Below, piece after piece: positions 1 through 10,047 of a DNA stretch of 64,000 nucleotides; positions within the stretch are counted from its first letter, which is position 1, and each line of letters starts with the position of its first letter. Location: positions 736,001 to 800,000 of the forward strand of contig CBDFLE010000006.1 of assembly GCA_965248925.1 (NCBI GenBank), given 5' to 3'. This DNA comes from Candidatus Multivoradales bacterium (GTDB taxonomy: Bacteria > Acidobacteriota > Thermoanaerobaculia > Multivoradales > J023). Below the pieces are notes generated by a model. It searched no databases and was not told the origin of the DNA. It worked only from the letters and a program-made list of their open reading frames with translations. Position numbers and translations under genes: made by a program.

Positions 1-1761
1 ACCTGGGACCTGTCCGATTTGCTCGCCGAACCGACCGAGGCGGTGATCGGTGCCGAGCTTGCCACCCTAGAAGAGGAGGTGGCGGCGTTTGGCGATCACC
101 GCCAGACCCTCGATCCGGCGATGACGCCGGCTGAATTCCTCGCCGTCGTCGAGCACCACCAGGCTATTCACGAGCACCTCAAGCGACTCGCCGGCTACGC
201 CAGTTTGTGGTTCGCCGCCGACACCCAGTCGGCCGCGGCACTGTCCTACCGCAACCGCATTCAACAAATCCTCACCCAACACCAAAACCGGATGATGTTC
301 TTCGGCCTGTGGTGGAAGGACCTCGCAGACGCTGCGGCCGAGCGGCTCTTACCGAACACTGCCGAAACCGCCGACCAACGCCACTTCCTCGAAGAAATGC
401 GGCTGTTCAAACCCTACACCTTGGACGAGCGTTCCGAGCAGATCATCAACCTGAAAGAGGCCAACGGCGTCTCCGCCCTGCTCACCCTCTACTCGATGCT
501 GACCAGCCGTCTGGAATTCGACATCGAGGTCGACGGCGAGATGCGCAAACTCACCGATGGCGAGATGCGCGGTCATTTCTACTCCCCAGATCCGGACCTG
601 CGGCGGCGGATCTACCTGCAGCTCTATGGTGAAGTCTACCCTCGCGAGTCGCAGGTTCTGGCTCAGATCTACGCCAACCGGGTTCGGGACTGGCACACTG
701 AATACGTCGAGTTACGCGGTTTCAGCTCGCCGATCGCGGTGCGCAATCTATCGAACGACGTGCCGGACACCGCGGTCGAAGCGTTGCTTGAAGTATGCCG
801 CCGCAACACCCCTCTCTTCCAGGAGTATTTTCGCCTCAAGGGCGGCTGGTTGGGCATGGATCAGCTGCGCCGCTACGATCTCTACGCCCCCTTGGCGAGT
901 TCCGACAAGACGGTGGACTACGCCACTGGAGTGGCTGAGGTGCTCGCTACTTTTCGCGGCTTCGATGGCCGCTTCGCCGATCTGGCCGAGCGGGTCTTCA
1001 GCGAGCGCCACATCGACAGCGAGGTCCGCAAGGGCAAACGCGGCGGCGCTTTCTGCGCCACCCTGGTGCCCGGAATGACCCCCTGGGTTCATCTTAGCTA
1101 CAGCGGCAGGGTCCGCGACATCGCGACCCTGGCGCACGAACTCGGCCACGCCGTCCACAGCATGATGGCCGAACACCACTCGGTGCTGACCCAGCATCCT
1201 TCTTTGCCGCTGGCCGAGACCGCCTCGGTCTTCGCCGAGATGCTCTGCACCGACCGCTTGCTGGCCACCGAAACCGATCCAATGACTCGCCGCGAGCTGC
1301 TCGCCGCGCTGATGGACGACATCTACGCCACCGTCATGCGCCAGGCCAATTTTGTGCGTTTCGAACTCGCTGCCCATCAGGCGGTGCTCGACAACAAGAA
1401 CGCCGAAGACCTCAGCGATCTCTATCTCGAGCAACTGCGCGAGCAGTTTGGCGACTCGATGACGATAGGTCCCGAGATGCGCTACGAGTGGCTGTCGATC
1501 CCCCATCTCTTCTCCACCCCTTTCTACTGCTACGCCTACAGCTTCGGCCAACTCCTGGTGCTGGCCTTGTACCGCCGCTACCAAGAGCAAGGCGAGGACT
1601 TCAAAGAAGGCTACTTCCGTCTGCTGGCGTATGGTGGTGCGGCGCGACCGCAGGCGATCTTGAGCGAGCTCGACATCGACATCAACGACCCCACCTTCTG
1701 GCAGGGCGGTTTCGACGTGGTGCGGGGCATTCTCGACGAGTTGCGGGCCATCGAACTCTGA
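1..1761 (+). CDS. pepF: M3B family oligoendopeptidase F (5'-partial)
   Basis: Frame is open from base 1 (TWDLSDL, the typical PepF N-terminus). Contains zincin HELGH, downstream AETAS Glu ligand and C-terminal FYCYAY. Confidence 0.9.
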   Translation, partial: TWDLSDLLAEPTEAVIGAELATLEEEVAAFGDHRQTLDPAMTPAEFLAVVEHHQAIHEHLKRLAGYASLWFAADTQSAAALSYRNRIQQILTQHQNRMMFFGLWWKDLADAAAERLLPNTAETADQRHFLEEMRLFKPYTLDERSEQIINLKEANGVSALLTLYSMLTSRLEFDIEVDGEMRKLTDGEMRGHFYSPDPDLRRRIYLQLYGEVYPRESQVLAQIYANRVRDWHTEYVELRGFSSPIAVRNLSNDVPDTAVEALLEVCRRNTPLFQEYFRLKGGWLGMDQLRRYDLYAPLASSDKTVDYATGVAEVLATFRGFDGRFADLAERVFSERHIDSEVRKGKRGGAFCATLVPGMTPWVHLSYSGRVRDIATLAHELGHAVHSMMAEHHSVLTQHPSLPLAETASVFAEMLCTDRLLATETDPMTRRELLAALMDDIYATVMRQANFVRFELAAHQAVLDNKNAEDLSDLYLEQLREQFGDSMTIGPEMRYEWLSIPHLFSTPFYCYAYSFGQLLVLALYRRYQEQGEDFKEGYFRLLAYGGAARPQAILSELDIDINDPTFWQGGFDVVRGILDELRAIEL

Positions 1762-1774
1762 TCCTCATCTACCC

Positions 1775-2854
1775 ATGGCTGCCGATCGACGCCCGCGGCG
1801 GGGTGCAAGAACTGCTCCTAAACAAGCCCCAGACGGCGGCATCGCAGCCGCTGTCGAGCACTTGGCCAGCGACGCGCGACTACGCCTCGCCCACCACCCC
1901 CAAGGCCACTTGGTGAGCGCCCGCGACGCCGAACTCGAAATCACTCTTCGCGTGCCGCTGTCAGGCAACGCCGAACAGCTCAGGGAAGTCACCGCCGAGG
2001 GACAGCGAGCACTGGCTGGAGAGATCGAAGCGCTGCTCCTCCACCGGGCAGCCTTTCGCCCCGGCCGAGTGCTGGATCTGAACGACGGCGGCAGTGATAG
2101 CGACAGCAGCATCCCTGCCGATCCGCGGCAAGTGTTCAGCAGCTACGGCCCCACCGGCAAACCCATCTGGGTCGACTTTGGCCAATATCTGCTAGAACGC
2201 CAGGATCCGCGGGTCGACCTGCTCTACCGCCGGCCACCGGCGCTGGTGACCCAGGTGGTCTCGGGGCGTGAACTCAGCGCCCTGCTGCTTCCCGCCTTTG
2301 CCGAGCATCCAACCAGCTACCGCATCCATGGGCAAGTGGTCGCCGGCTGGTTCTTGGTACCCCAGGCGAAAGACGGCAAGCGGCTACTCGCCCTGACTTT
2401 GCAGGTAGTCTCCTGCGCCGGACGCCGCGGGCGCCGGCGCTTGGGACTCAACATCTTGGGCGCTAGTCCGGGCGGGCAGCCTTGGGAAGATCTGTGGGAT
2501 GGCGAGCGGCGTCCACCGTGGTCGGCGGCGGCGCAGTGGGGGCAGTCGGTGTTGACCAGCGTCGAGCGATCCCAGGGACGCAAATCGGTCAGCCCGGCCC
2601 TACTATCGCAGCGCATCGAGGGGTTGCTCGGCGGCATCGGCCGACGTTTGGAGCAGGTGCACCGAGCCCGCAAGCGACGCACCGACCACGCCCAACACCG
2701 CCACCGCGAAGGGGACCGCCCGACTCGCATGGCGCTCCAAGACCTGGCTCGCGCAGGCGTCGGCGATGTGTTCCACGACACCCGCCAGGAGACCTTGATC
2801 GTGCTCGGAGAACGCGGCCGAGCCCACGTCTTCACCGCCAACGGCCCGAGGTAG
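1775..2854 (+). CDS. hypothetical protein, possibly C-terminally truncated
   Basis: 359-aa ORF starting 13 nt after pepF. Ends abruptly (GERGRAHVFTANGPR*) where an unrelated propeller-like sequence begins. Confidence 0.65.
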   Translation: MAADRRPRRGARTAPKQAPDGGIAAAVEHLASDARLRLAHHPQGHLVSARDAELEITLRVPLSGNAEQLREVTAEGQRALAGEIEALLLHRAAFRPGRVLDLNDGGSDSDSSIPADPRQVFSSYGPTGKPIWVDFGQYLLERQDPRVDLLYRRPPALVTQVVSGRELSALLLPAFAEHPTSYRIHGQVVAGWFLVPQAKDGKRLLALTLQVVSCAGRRGRRRLGLNILGASPGGQPWEDLWDGERRPPWSAAAQWGQSVLTSVERSQGRKSVSPALLSQRIEGLLGGIGRRLEQVHRARKRRTDHAQHRHREGDRPTRMALQDLARAGVGDVFHDTRQETLIVLGERGRAHVFTANGPR

Positions 2855-3211
2855 GCTAGCCTTCAGTCTTGCAACCGAGTCGCAAGCTGCCGAAAGTCAA
2901 GCACCCGCCAGGGGATTTTCTGGATCGACATCGGCAGCGGCAGCGAGCGCCGCCTCACCGACACTGGCGGCTGGCCGGTCTGGTGGCCAAGCGGCGACCG
3001 CCTTGCCTATCAGGTGGTCGGCGCGGACGGAAATCAGCAGCTACGCTCGGTGTGGATCGACAGCGGCCGCCAGGAAACTCTAGGGCACATCGAAGACGAC
3101 GGCGTCAATCATCCTTTCAACATCTCCCCCACCGGTGATTTGTTGATTACCGGCAACAGCCAGCCGATCAGCAACGAGATCTGGTGGATCGGAACAGCCG
3201 CCGAAAACTGA
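2850..3211 (+). pseudogene. 3' remnant of a TolB/PD40-like beta-propeller gene
   Basis: GRLAFSL in one frame, then GIFWIDIGSGSERRLTDTGGWPVWWPSGDRLAYQ...ISPTGDLLITG...NEIWWI in another. No start codon or RBS for the whole. Confidence 0.55.
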
Positions 3212-3223
3212 AAAGATCGCGGC

Positions 3224-4414
3224 TCAGATATCGTCGAGTCGGCGGGTCAAGGTGACGACGCGACCAGTTGGGCCGACCCGGCGAAAACCGAGCAAGTGGA
3301 AAAGTTCCAACGCCAGCCACCGCGCCCAGCGCCGATCGACCCGATAGGACCGAGCCAGACGAGGATGACGGCGCACCCCTGGTAGCCAATGGACCCAGCG
3401 GTCAAAGCGCAAACGCCGCACTGCCGCCGACACCTTCAACCACAGCGGTCGAATAGGGTTGACGATGAAAAAGCCGTCCGATCCCTGGCTCTGATACAGC
3501 GGCATCAGCAACAAGCCGGTGACCGGCGCCGCGATCGGCCCACCGCGATCATCGGCCAGAATCTGACCGTCCTCCACCAGCTGAAAAGTGCGGAAACCGG
3601 GCCGCATGCAAAACTCGTCGCCGGGCTGCAAATGGTGGCGGCTCGATACCTCCACCACATGAGGTAACGAGCCGCTCTCGCGCTCGAGACGATCCCGTGC
3701 CGCCGCCGCCTCGGGGCGCTGTCCGCGGCGGCTGACCCCGGCGGCCTCGAGGGCGATCCAGATCGCCGCTTCGGCGCGGTCCACAGCCGCTTCCTCTTCG
3801 TGCTGGCCGGACTCGAAACCGGCCACCCGAACACCACGCTGACTGAGGTAGAACGACATCGTCCCGGCCAGTTCTTCTTCGAGACCTAGTACCAAGGTGA
3901 CCGGCAGCTCGAGAGCAAAGCGACGGTTGTTGAGGGTGTCGTCCAAAGGCGCCCAAGCCGGTGCTGGACCCGAGGTGGTGTGGAGATCAAACACCGTGAT
4001 CTCGCCGCCGGCCTCGGCGATGAGCTCTTCCAACTGCTGATCGAGTTCGCGCAGCTCGGCGTCCTCGGCCTCCAGCGGCTGGTCGGTGGAACGAACGTAT
4101 TCGAGCCGCTCCGGAGTCCAATGGCGATTGAAATCGTGTTGCAAGAAACGCTGACCGGCGGCCAGAGCACGCCGATTGCCAGCCAAGCCCACTAACTTAC
4201 CAGCCAGTTCTGAAGGGTGATCGCTCAAACGGCGAAAGACCCGTTGCAAAGCCCTCACGCCAGCGGGCTCGTTGCCATGCAACCCGGCAACGCAGATCAG
4301 CATCGGCCCGTCGCCAATTCCAGCGCGGCCAAGAACACGTGGTATTCGCAGGGTGGAGGCTCCCTTATGCGGTGCGGAGCTGCTCTCCTCACGGTCTAAC
4401 AATAGCTGGCTCAA
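3224..4414 (-). CDS. succinylglutamate desuccinylase/aspartoacylase (M14) family protein
   Basis: GLHGNE zinc motif, DFNR, DLHTT, FESGQH. Confidence 0.85.
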   Translation of the reverse strand: MSQLLLDREESSSAPHKGASTLRIPRVLGRAGIGDGPMLICVAGLHGNEPAGVRALQRVFRRLSDHPSELAGKLVGLAGNRRALAAGQRFLQHDFNRHWTPERLEYVRSTDQPLEAEDAELRELDQQLEELIAEAGGEITVFDLHTTSGPAPAWAPLDDTLNNRRFALELPVTLVLGLEEELAGTMSFYLSQRGVRVAGFESGQHEEEAAVDRAEAAIWIALEAAGVSRRGQRPEAAAARDRLERESGSLPHVVEVSSRHHLQPGDEFCMRPGFRTFQLVEDGQILADDRGGPIAAPVTGLLLMPLYQSQGSDGFFIVNPIRPLWLKVSAAVRRLRFDRWVHWLPGVRRHPRLARSYRVDRRWARWLALELFHLLGFRRVGPTGRVVTLTRRLDDI

Positions 4415-4575
4415 GCTTGGATCCCCGTCAACGGTCTACCACGCGGTCCCGCCGTTTGGCAGCGGTGTGGAGTGCCGGCCCGAAGGCCCATCATACTCCG
4501 AGCACCTGCCGAAGGCCAGCCCATCGCGGCCTAGAAAAGCGCGGTAAAGAGACTCCGAAGAGCTGCCGCGAAGTT

Positions 4576-7044
4576 TCAGCCGAGATCGAAAATTCGCCCC
4601 ACCAGCATCTGCAAAGGGAACCGTGCCAGAGCACCGGCGGCGGCGGCGAACTCGTCATAGGACCGCACCTCGTCGGCCTCGATACCCTCGCCCCAGAGCA
4701 ACACCGGCAAGGGATCGGCGCCGTGCTGGCCACTCTCGGATAGGGTCGCGTGATCGCCAGCCACCGCGATCCGCAAAGGGCGCGGAGAGTTGGCGAGAAA
4801 CTCGCCAAGAGACTTGTCCACCTTCTCCAGAAAAGCTGCTTTGAGCTCCGGACGCTGATCGTGGGCTGCAATATCGGCACCCTTCACATGCACCACCACT
4901 AAATCACTGCGCCCGAGGGCCTTCGACGCCAGTGTCAGCTTGGCCGAAAGATCGGTGTCGAGGTTGGCCGTCATGCGCTCGTCGCAGAGAGTCTCGGCCC
5001 CCAACCAGCGAGCCATGCCTAGGATGGTGCGGTCGCCACTGATGCAGGTCAGCTGCAACGGAACTCCACCGACCTCGAGCTGCACCAGCCGATGCACCCG
5101 CCCGGCACCGCGGGTCAAGAGAGCGTTGGCCGGTGCTAAATTGCGCGCCTGGCGGTCGAGGTTGACCGGGTGCCGGGCCAGCAGCCGGCGCGCCCGCTGC
5201 TCGAACAATGCCAACAGACGGGCGGTAAACACCCCCCTCTCGTCCGCCGGGTCGATCGGCTGCGGGGTCAACGGCGGACCGGACGGGGCGCCGTCTCCGG
5301 GATCGCTACCCACCACCGCCGAGGACAAGCCCTCGCCACGCAGCACGATGGCCAGCCGGTGCTCCGTGGCCGCCCGAACTCTGACCTCGATATCGTCAAA
5401 GCCATCCTGCGCCAACGGCATGCGGTCGAGCGCCTGCGCCAGCTCCACCGTTCCTTCGCGAATGCGGCCCGCCCGGCGATCGATCACCCGGCCGCTGTCG
5501 TCGAGAGTGGCGAAGTTGCCGCGCAAAGCGATGTCGCCGGCACGCAGCTCGATACCCGCCCCCAAAGCCTCGATCGGTCCCCGCTTCATCGCCGCGGGAG
5601 ACTGGCCGAACAGGGCCAGACATCCGGCCGCGGTATCCCCCACCACACCCGGAGCAATGGGGTCGGCCAAACCACACTGTCCTGCAGCCGCCAAGCGGTC
5701 TAGGTGCGGAGTTTCGGCCGCTTGCAGCGGGGTGCGTCCACCGAGCGCCCGCACCGGTCGGTCGGCCAAGCCGTCAATAATCAGCAACAATGCCGGGGTC
5801 AAATGGGTGCGCTGTCTCCAGCTCGCATCAGCCAGGCCCGGCAAGCGCTTTTGCAGCAAGCCGGTCACTACCCGCAATGCCTGACCCACCGGCGGATCAC
5901 TAGTCGAAGTTTCGACCAGCGGAACCTCATGGGTCTCGGCCTGCTCGACCAAGAAGTCCTGAATCGCCCGAATTGCCGGAAAGTTCTCCAGGTACCGTTC
6001 GGCGCGGCGGCTACTCAGCCGCGCCCGGCCAAGGAAACGCGAGCGATGAGTCTCCTTATCAGGGGTCATCAGCACCATGGGAACCTGATACACCGCACCT
6101 TCTAGATCGCCAAAAGGCACCAGCGGCGGGTACAAGTGGACCCCTTCTATCAGCACGTTCATATTCTCGGCCGTTGCCCGCTCGACCACCGCCCGCAAGC
6201 CCACCGCGATTCGGGTCGCCTGCTCTTCGAAGCTGCGCAGTACTTTCTCTTTGAATTCCGGCTCGTGCGGCAGTCCGCGGCGCTCTTCCACGACGCCGAG
6301 AGGCGGCGCCACCTCGAAGCTTGAGTTGTAGAGTGCGGGCAGCATCTGCGGCGAGAAAACCATTCGCATGACCTGCCGGATGGTGTCTGTTGCGTTGATC
6401 CGATAGATCCGCAACAGCGGCGCCAGCTCCAAGGCCAGAGTGGACTTTCCGGTGCCACTCGAACCCCCCAGGTAGATCACCAAGGGGCGCGGCAGACTGC
6501 GAATCCGCCGCACCAGACGATAGCGCCGGGCAGTCTCGGCCCCTTCCCAGCGCTCTAGCAGATCACCGACTCGACGAGCAATCTCGTCACTGCTGGCGAC
6601 CGTTACCTGATCCGCCGCCAGTTCACCCTCCAACTCCGTGACCAGCCGATAGGCACGATCCAAATCCGGACCCGCGGCGTGGATTGAGCGGGCCAACAAA
6701 CCACGCGAGAAGGGGTGCTTCTCGTCTTGGTAAATAACAAAGCGCTCAGGCTCTGAGGACGAAGACTCGGCAAAGGCCGCGGCTTGCTCGCCAAAAGTTG
6801 ATACCAGTTGCTCCTGCACCAGATCGCGCAGCTCCGCGGTACTGACCTCCACACGCTCCGCCAAGCGGTCGCGAATCGCCCGAGCAACAGCATAGCTTTC
6901 ATCGAATCCCAGACCGCGCTGAATCAGATCGTGGGTCAACATGCCGCGCAAAAATCGTTGCCGGGTACCGTCTGCAGCGGTGACTAGCAGAGGTTGCCTG
7001 CGAGCCTTCTGCGACTGGCGTCGCGGGTCACTCTTCTTGCTCAC
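4576..7044 (-). CDS. fusion: ATP-cone/2-phosphoglycerate kinase + cofactor-independent (ApgM-type) phosphoglycerate mutase
   Basis: N-half has ATP-cone-like FLRGML/PFSRGLL, P-loop GGSSGTGKST, TDTIRQVMR and IEGVHL. C-half has IIDGLAD, TPLQAAETPHLD, ALRGNFAT, DRRAGRI, KGADIAAHD and AGDHAT. Confidence 0.85.
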   Translation of the reverse strand: MSKKSDPRRQSQKARRQPLLVTAADGTRQRFLRGMLTHDLIQRGLGFDESYAVARAIRDRLAERVEVSTAELRDLVQEQLVSTFGEQAAAFAESSSSEPERFVIYQDEKHPFSRGLLARSIHAAGPDLDRAYRLVTELEGELAADQVTVASSDEIARRVGDLLERWEGAETARRYRLVRRIRSLPRPLVIYLGGSSGTGKSTLALELAPLLRIYRINATDTIRQVMRMVFSPQMLPALYNSSFEVAPPLGVVEERRGLPHEPEFKEKVLRSFEEQATRIAVGLRAVVERATAENMNVLIEGVHLYPPLVPFGDLEGAVYQVPMVLMTPDKETHRSRFLGRARLSSRRAERYLENFPAIRAIQDFLVEQAETHEVPLVETSTSDPPVGQALRVVTGLLQKRLPGLADASWRQRTHLTPALLLIIDGLADRPVRALGGRTPLQAAETPHLDRLAAAGQCGLADPIAPGVVGDTAAGCLALFGQSPAAMKRGPIEALGAGIELRAGDIALRGNFATLDDSGRVIDRRAGRIREGTVELAQALDRMPLAQDGFDDIEVRVRAATEHRLAIVLRGEGLSSAVVGSDPGDGAPSGPPLTPQPIDPADERGVFTARLLALFEQRARRLLARHPVNLDRQARNLAPANALLTRGAGRVHRLVQLEVGGVPLQLTCISGDRTILGMARWLGAETLCDERMTANLDTDLSAKLTLASKALGRSDLVVVHVKGADIAAHDQRPELKAAFLEKVDKSLGEFLANSPRPLRIAVAGDHATLSESGQHGADPLPVLLWGEGIEADEVRSYDEFAAAAGALARFPLQMLVGRIFDLG

Positions 7045-7059
7045 CCCAAAACACCTCGC

Positions 7060-7587
7060 TCAAGCACCCGGTGAAAAATCTTGTCCGCTATCTTGGCGGC
7101 GCTGGCGTCCGCCCAACAGACCATGACGCAACCTACCCAAGATGCGATTGAAGACATGGTTGCGAGGCAGAGACGACAAGACCGGCCGGCGACGATCGCC
7201 GAGACGCCGCTTGAGCGCGAGCAGGGCCGAGTCGGTAGAGTCTATCTGCAGGCCTTTCTCCAACGAATCAATGGCCGCTCGGCGATCGGCCAAGGTCAGC
7301 CAGGTGCGGGCCAGATAGTAGTAGTTCTCGGGCTGGTAGAGACCTACCTCAACGGCGTGACGACACAGCCGCAAGCCCTGCTCCTGCTGATTCCGGAAGC
7401 GAGCGAGACCATAGCCGAGCAGCGCGTAGAGCTGACTCGGCAAGCTGCTCTCAGCCGTTGCGTCCTGCATCGCTTGGCTGAGTAGATAAAGACCCTCGTC
7501 CCAGGACCCCAACCGGCACAGCTCGATGCCCCGCCAGGCGATCTCCTGCAGTTCTTCAGACTTGGCCTCGTTGTCTTTGTGCATGGC
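7060..7587 (-). CDS. tetratricopeptide repeat protein
   Basis: TPR-like helices (YYYLARTWL...AAIDSLEKGLQID). ATG 7587 chosen; the ORF could extend to 7626. Confidence 0.7.
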   Translation of the reverse strand, partial: AMHKDNEAKSEELQEIAWRGIELCRLGSWDEGLYLLSQAMQDATAESSLPSQLYALLGYGLARFRNQQEQGLRLCRHAVEVGLYQPENYYYLARTWLTLADRRAAIDSLEKGLQIDSTDSALLALKRRLGDRRRPVLSSLPRNHVFNRILGRLRHGLLGGRQRRQDSGQDFSPGA

Positions 7588-7712
7588 GTTTGCAACATCA
7601 TAGCCAAAGGGCACGTCAACCGCCAAGTATCAAACCTCTCCGTCGAGTGCGAGCTACTGCCTTCCCCCTGGCCGAAACCCCTCCTCAGCCGTGCTATTAT
7701 AGAAGGTCACCG

Positions 7713-9395
7713 ATGAGCGAAAAACAGCCCACAGAGAACCTCACCGACTCGCTGAAGCTACTCGAAAGGGTTCGCCGCGACGCCATCGACGCCGCTCAGC
7801 TGACCGGATTGGCAGCCCTGCACCTGCGGCGCGATCAGTTCGCTCGCGCCATAGAGTGCTTGCGGCTGGCGCGCGACAAGTGCGAAGTCGATCCCCGGAC
7901 CCACCAATTGCGCGCCCGCCTGCTGATGCAGCGCAAGCGTTTCGCCGCCGCCACCAAGGCGCTGCGCGCGGCGCGACGCTATGATCCCTTCGATGCCCAA
8001 AGCGCCGAACTAGCCAGCCGAGCGGAATTCGAGACTCGCAACTACCGGCAAGCCCTGGCAGCGGCGATCGACGCCTTCTTGCTGCTCGACAGCCAAGGCC
8101 GTTCGCAGTCCACCGCTTTGCGTCAGCGGATTACTGAGTTACGCCAGGTCTTGGAACTCTCGCGGGACCAAATGGCGGCTGCTTTTCAACAACAACGCGA
8201 GACGTTGGAGACCCACTGCCAGCGCCTCGACCCGAGTCGCCTGGCACCTCGCATCACAGCACCTCCCACTACAGGCATCACAACACCCCGCAATACAGCA
8301 CCCCAGCCCCCAACACCACGGCTCGCCGCCCAAGCGGAGCCGAGCCGCTCCAGAGCGCTCCCGGCTGGTCGTCTCGAATTAGCCCGGCGGCTGCGCCGGA
8401 TCACTCTATTTGCCGATCTCACCGACGAGCAAGTTTTCGCCCTCTCCGCGGTTGCCAGCGCCGAACTGCATCGTGAAGGCTCACAGATCTTCACCTACCG
8501 CAGCCCAGGTACCGACATCTACCTGCTGGAATCCGGTACGGTGGCGGTGCTCCGCCCGACCAGCTACGGCCGCTTCGAACTCGGACAGTTGGGTGAGAAC
8601 GACGTGCTCGGTGAAGTTAATTTCATCAGCCGCAGCGAACGCTCCGCCGACGCCCTGGCTCGCACCACTACCCACTTGCTGCGTCTCGATTCCACCGCTC
8701 TGCGGCGGCTGATCGATAGCGAACCGCGGCTCGGACTCAATGTCTACTTGAGTTTCTGGCGCAACCTGGCGAGCAAGCTACGGCAAACCAACGAGCAACT
8801 ACGCACCTTCTTCTCCGCCGACGATTCCGACGAGGGCCTACTGCGACTGGGTCGCGCCGTCGACCGCCCGGCGGCGGTGGAGATCGCCGCCAGCGACAAA
8901 GTGGAGCTATTCCTGGAGCAAGGACTGAGCGGCGAGGAACTCACCATCCTGGCAGAGATGTCGGCCGTCCAGCGCTTCGCCAGCGGCGTCCACCTATTTC
9001 GCGAGGGAGAGAGCGGTGGCGAGATGTACATCGTGCTCGAAGGCCAGGTGGCAATCAGCAAGTACATACCTGGTGGTGGCGAAGAGGCCTTGGCTGTGCT
9101 TCACCGCGGAGACTTCTTTGGCGAGATGTCGTTGATAGACGGCGAACCGCGCTCGGCCGACGCCCGCGCCGTCGATGGACCGGTCACGGTCATTACCTTC
9201 GACCAAAACTCCCTGTCGCGCGTGCTCGCGATGGAGGCCGGGGCAGCGATGTCATTCGTCCGCTTGCTGTGCAATCTAATCTCTAGCCGCTTGCGCGAGA
9301 TCGACGAAAAAGTCACTGCCTGGAGGATCATGACCGGCGACCGATCGGCGGCCGAAGATCCCGCCAGCGAGCCTCATAACCGGCGCCTGGCATGA
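7713..9395 (+). CDS. TPR protein with two cyclic-nucleotide-binding domains
   Basis: N-terminal TPRs, Pro/Thr linker, then two cNMP cassettes (LGEVNFISRSERSADA; FGEMSLIDGEPRSADA). No HTH. Confidence 0.8.
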   Translation: MSEKQPTENLTDSLKLLERVRRDAIDAAQLTGLAALHLRRDQFARAIECLRLARDKCEVDPRTHQLRARLLMQRKRFAAATKALRAARRYDPFDAQSAELASRAEFETRNYRQALAAAIDAFLLLDSQGRSQSTALRQRITELRQVLELSRDQMAAAFQQQRETLETHCQRLDPSRLAPRITAPPTTGITTPRNTAPQPPTPRLAAQAEPSRSRALPAGRLELARRLRRITLFADLTDEQVFALSAVASAELHREGSQIFTYRSPGTDIYLLESGTVAVLRPTSYGRFELGQLGENDVLGEVNFISRSERSADALARTTTHLLRLDSTALRRLIDSEPRLGLNVYLSFWRNLASKLRQTNEQLRTFFSADDSDEGLLRLGRAVDRPAAVEIAASDKVELFLEQGLSGEELTILAEMSAVQRFASGVHLFREGESGGEMYIVLEGQVAISKYIPGGGEEALAVLHRGDFFGEMSLIDGEPRSADARAVDGPVTVITFDQNSLSRVLAMEAGAAMSFVRLLCNLISSRLREIDEKVTAWRIMTGDRSAAEDPASEPHNRRLA

Positions 9396-9668
9396 GCGGA
9401 GTAAATTGCGGCCAACCCCCGTGATCTGTGCTATGTTGCCGCCTCGATGGCGGCGGACTACCGATCGTTCTCCCTCATCTTGTTCCCTGACTCGCTTGCC
9501 GCCCGCTAGATCTAGATCCTATTTAGACTCTGGCCGGTTCTCGGCCCTGATCGGACTGATTTCATAGTTGACTCGTCACTGCCGGTTCCACGGCAATTGA
9601 GACGACCGCAAAGCGGCCCCACCGCAGCTCTGCGGCAACGCTACAAAACTCACTCAGGAGAGTTGCAG

Positions 9669-9965
9669 ATGTTGAAGAAAAGCTACTCCAAGACCGGCAA
9701 ATCCTGCCGCGTGACCTTCAAGACCGAGATCCTCGCCGACACCGAGCAGGTTGCTGTGCTCGGCGACTTCAATGCTTGGGATCCCAAGATTCACTGCCTC
9801 AAGCAGCGCCGGAACGGCAGCTTCAGCTTGACCGTTTCCCTCGACGCTGGCCAGGACTACCGTTTCCGCTACTTGGCGGACGGCAGCACCTGGAGCAACG
9901 ATGTCGAAGCCGACCAGCTGGTGCCCAATCAGTTCGGCTCCAGTGATTCGTTGATCACCGTCTGA
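9669..9965 (+). CDS. isoamylase early-set / CBM48 glycogen-binding protein
   Basis: VAVLGDFNAWD, YRFRYLADG..W.ND, NQFGS. AGGAG RBS upstream. Confidence 0.85.
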   Translation: MLKKSYSKTGKSCRVTFKTEILADTEQVAVLGDFNAWDPKIHCLKQRRNGSFSLTVSLDAGQDYRFRYLADGSTWSNDVEADQLVPNQFGSSDSLITV

Positions 9966-9983
9966 GCGAGTCCCCTCGCTGAG

Positions 9984-10023
9984 CAGGCGCCGGAGCAAGA
10001 GGCCCGGCGCCTGGTTTTCCTTT
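9984..10023 (+). terminator. probable intrinsic terminator
   Basis: CAGGCGCCGG/CCGGCGCCTG 10-bp stem followed by a pyrimidine/T-rich tract. Confidence 0.5.
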
Positions 10024-10047
10024 CCTGCTTGCCGCCGGAGATCGCCG

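Noticed and set aside
2852-2854. Amber (pyrrolysine) read-through joining 1775-3211
   Set aside because: No pyl genes are in view, and the propeller-like motif right after the stop is in a different frame. A deletion scar is the simpler explanation.
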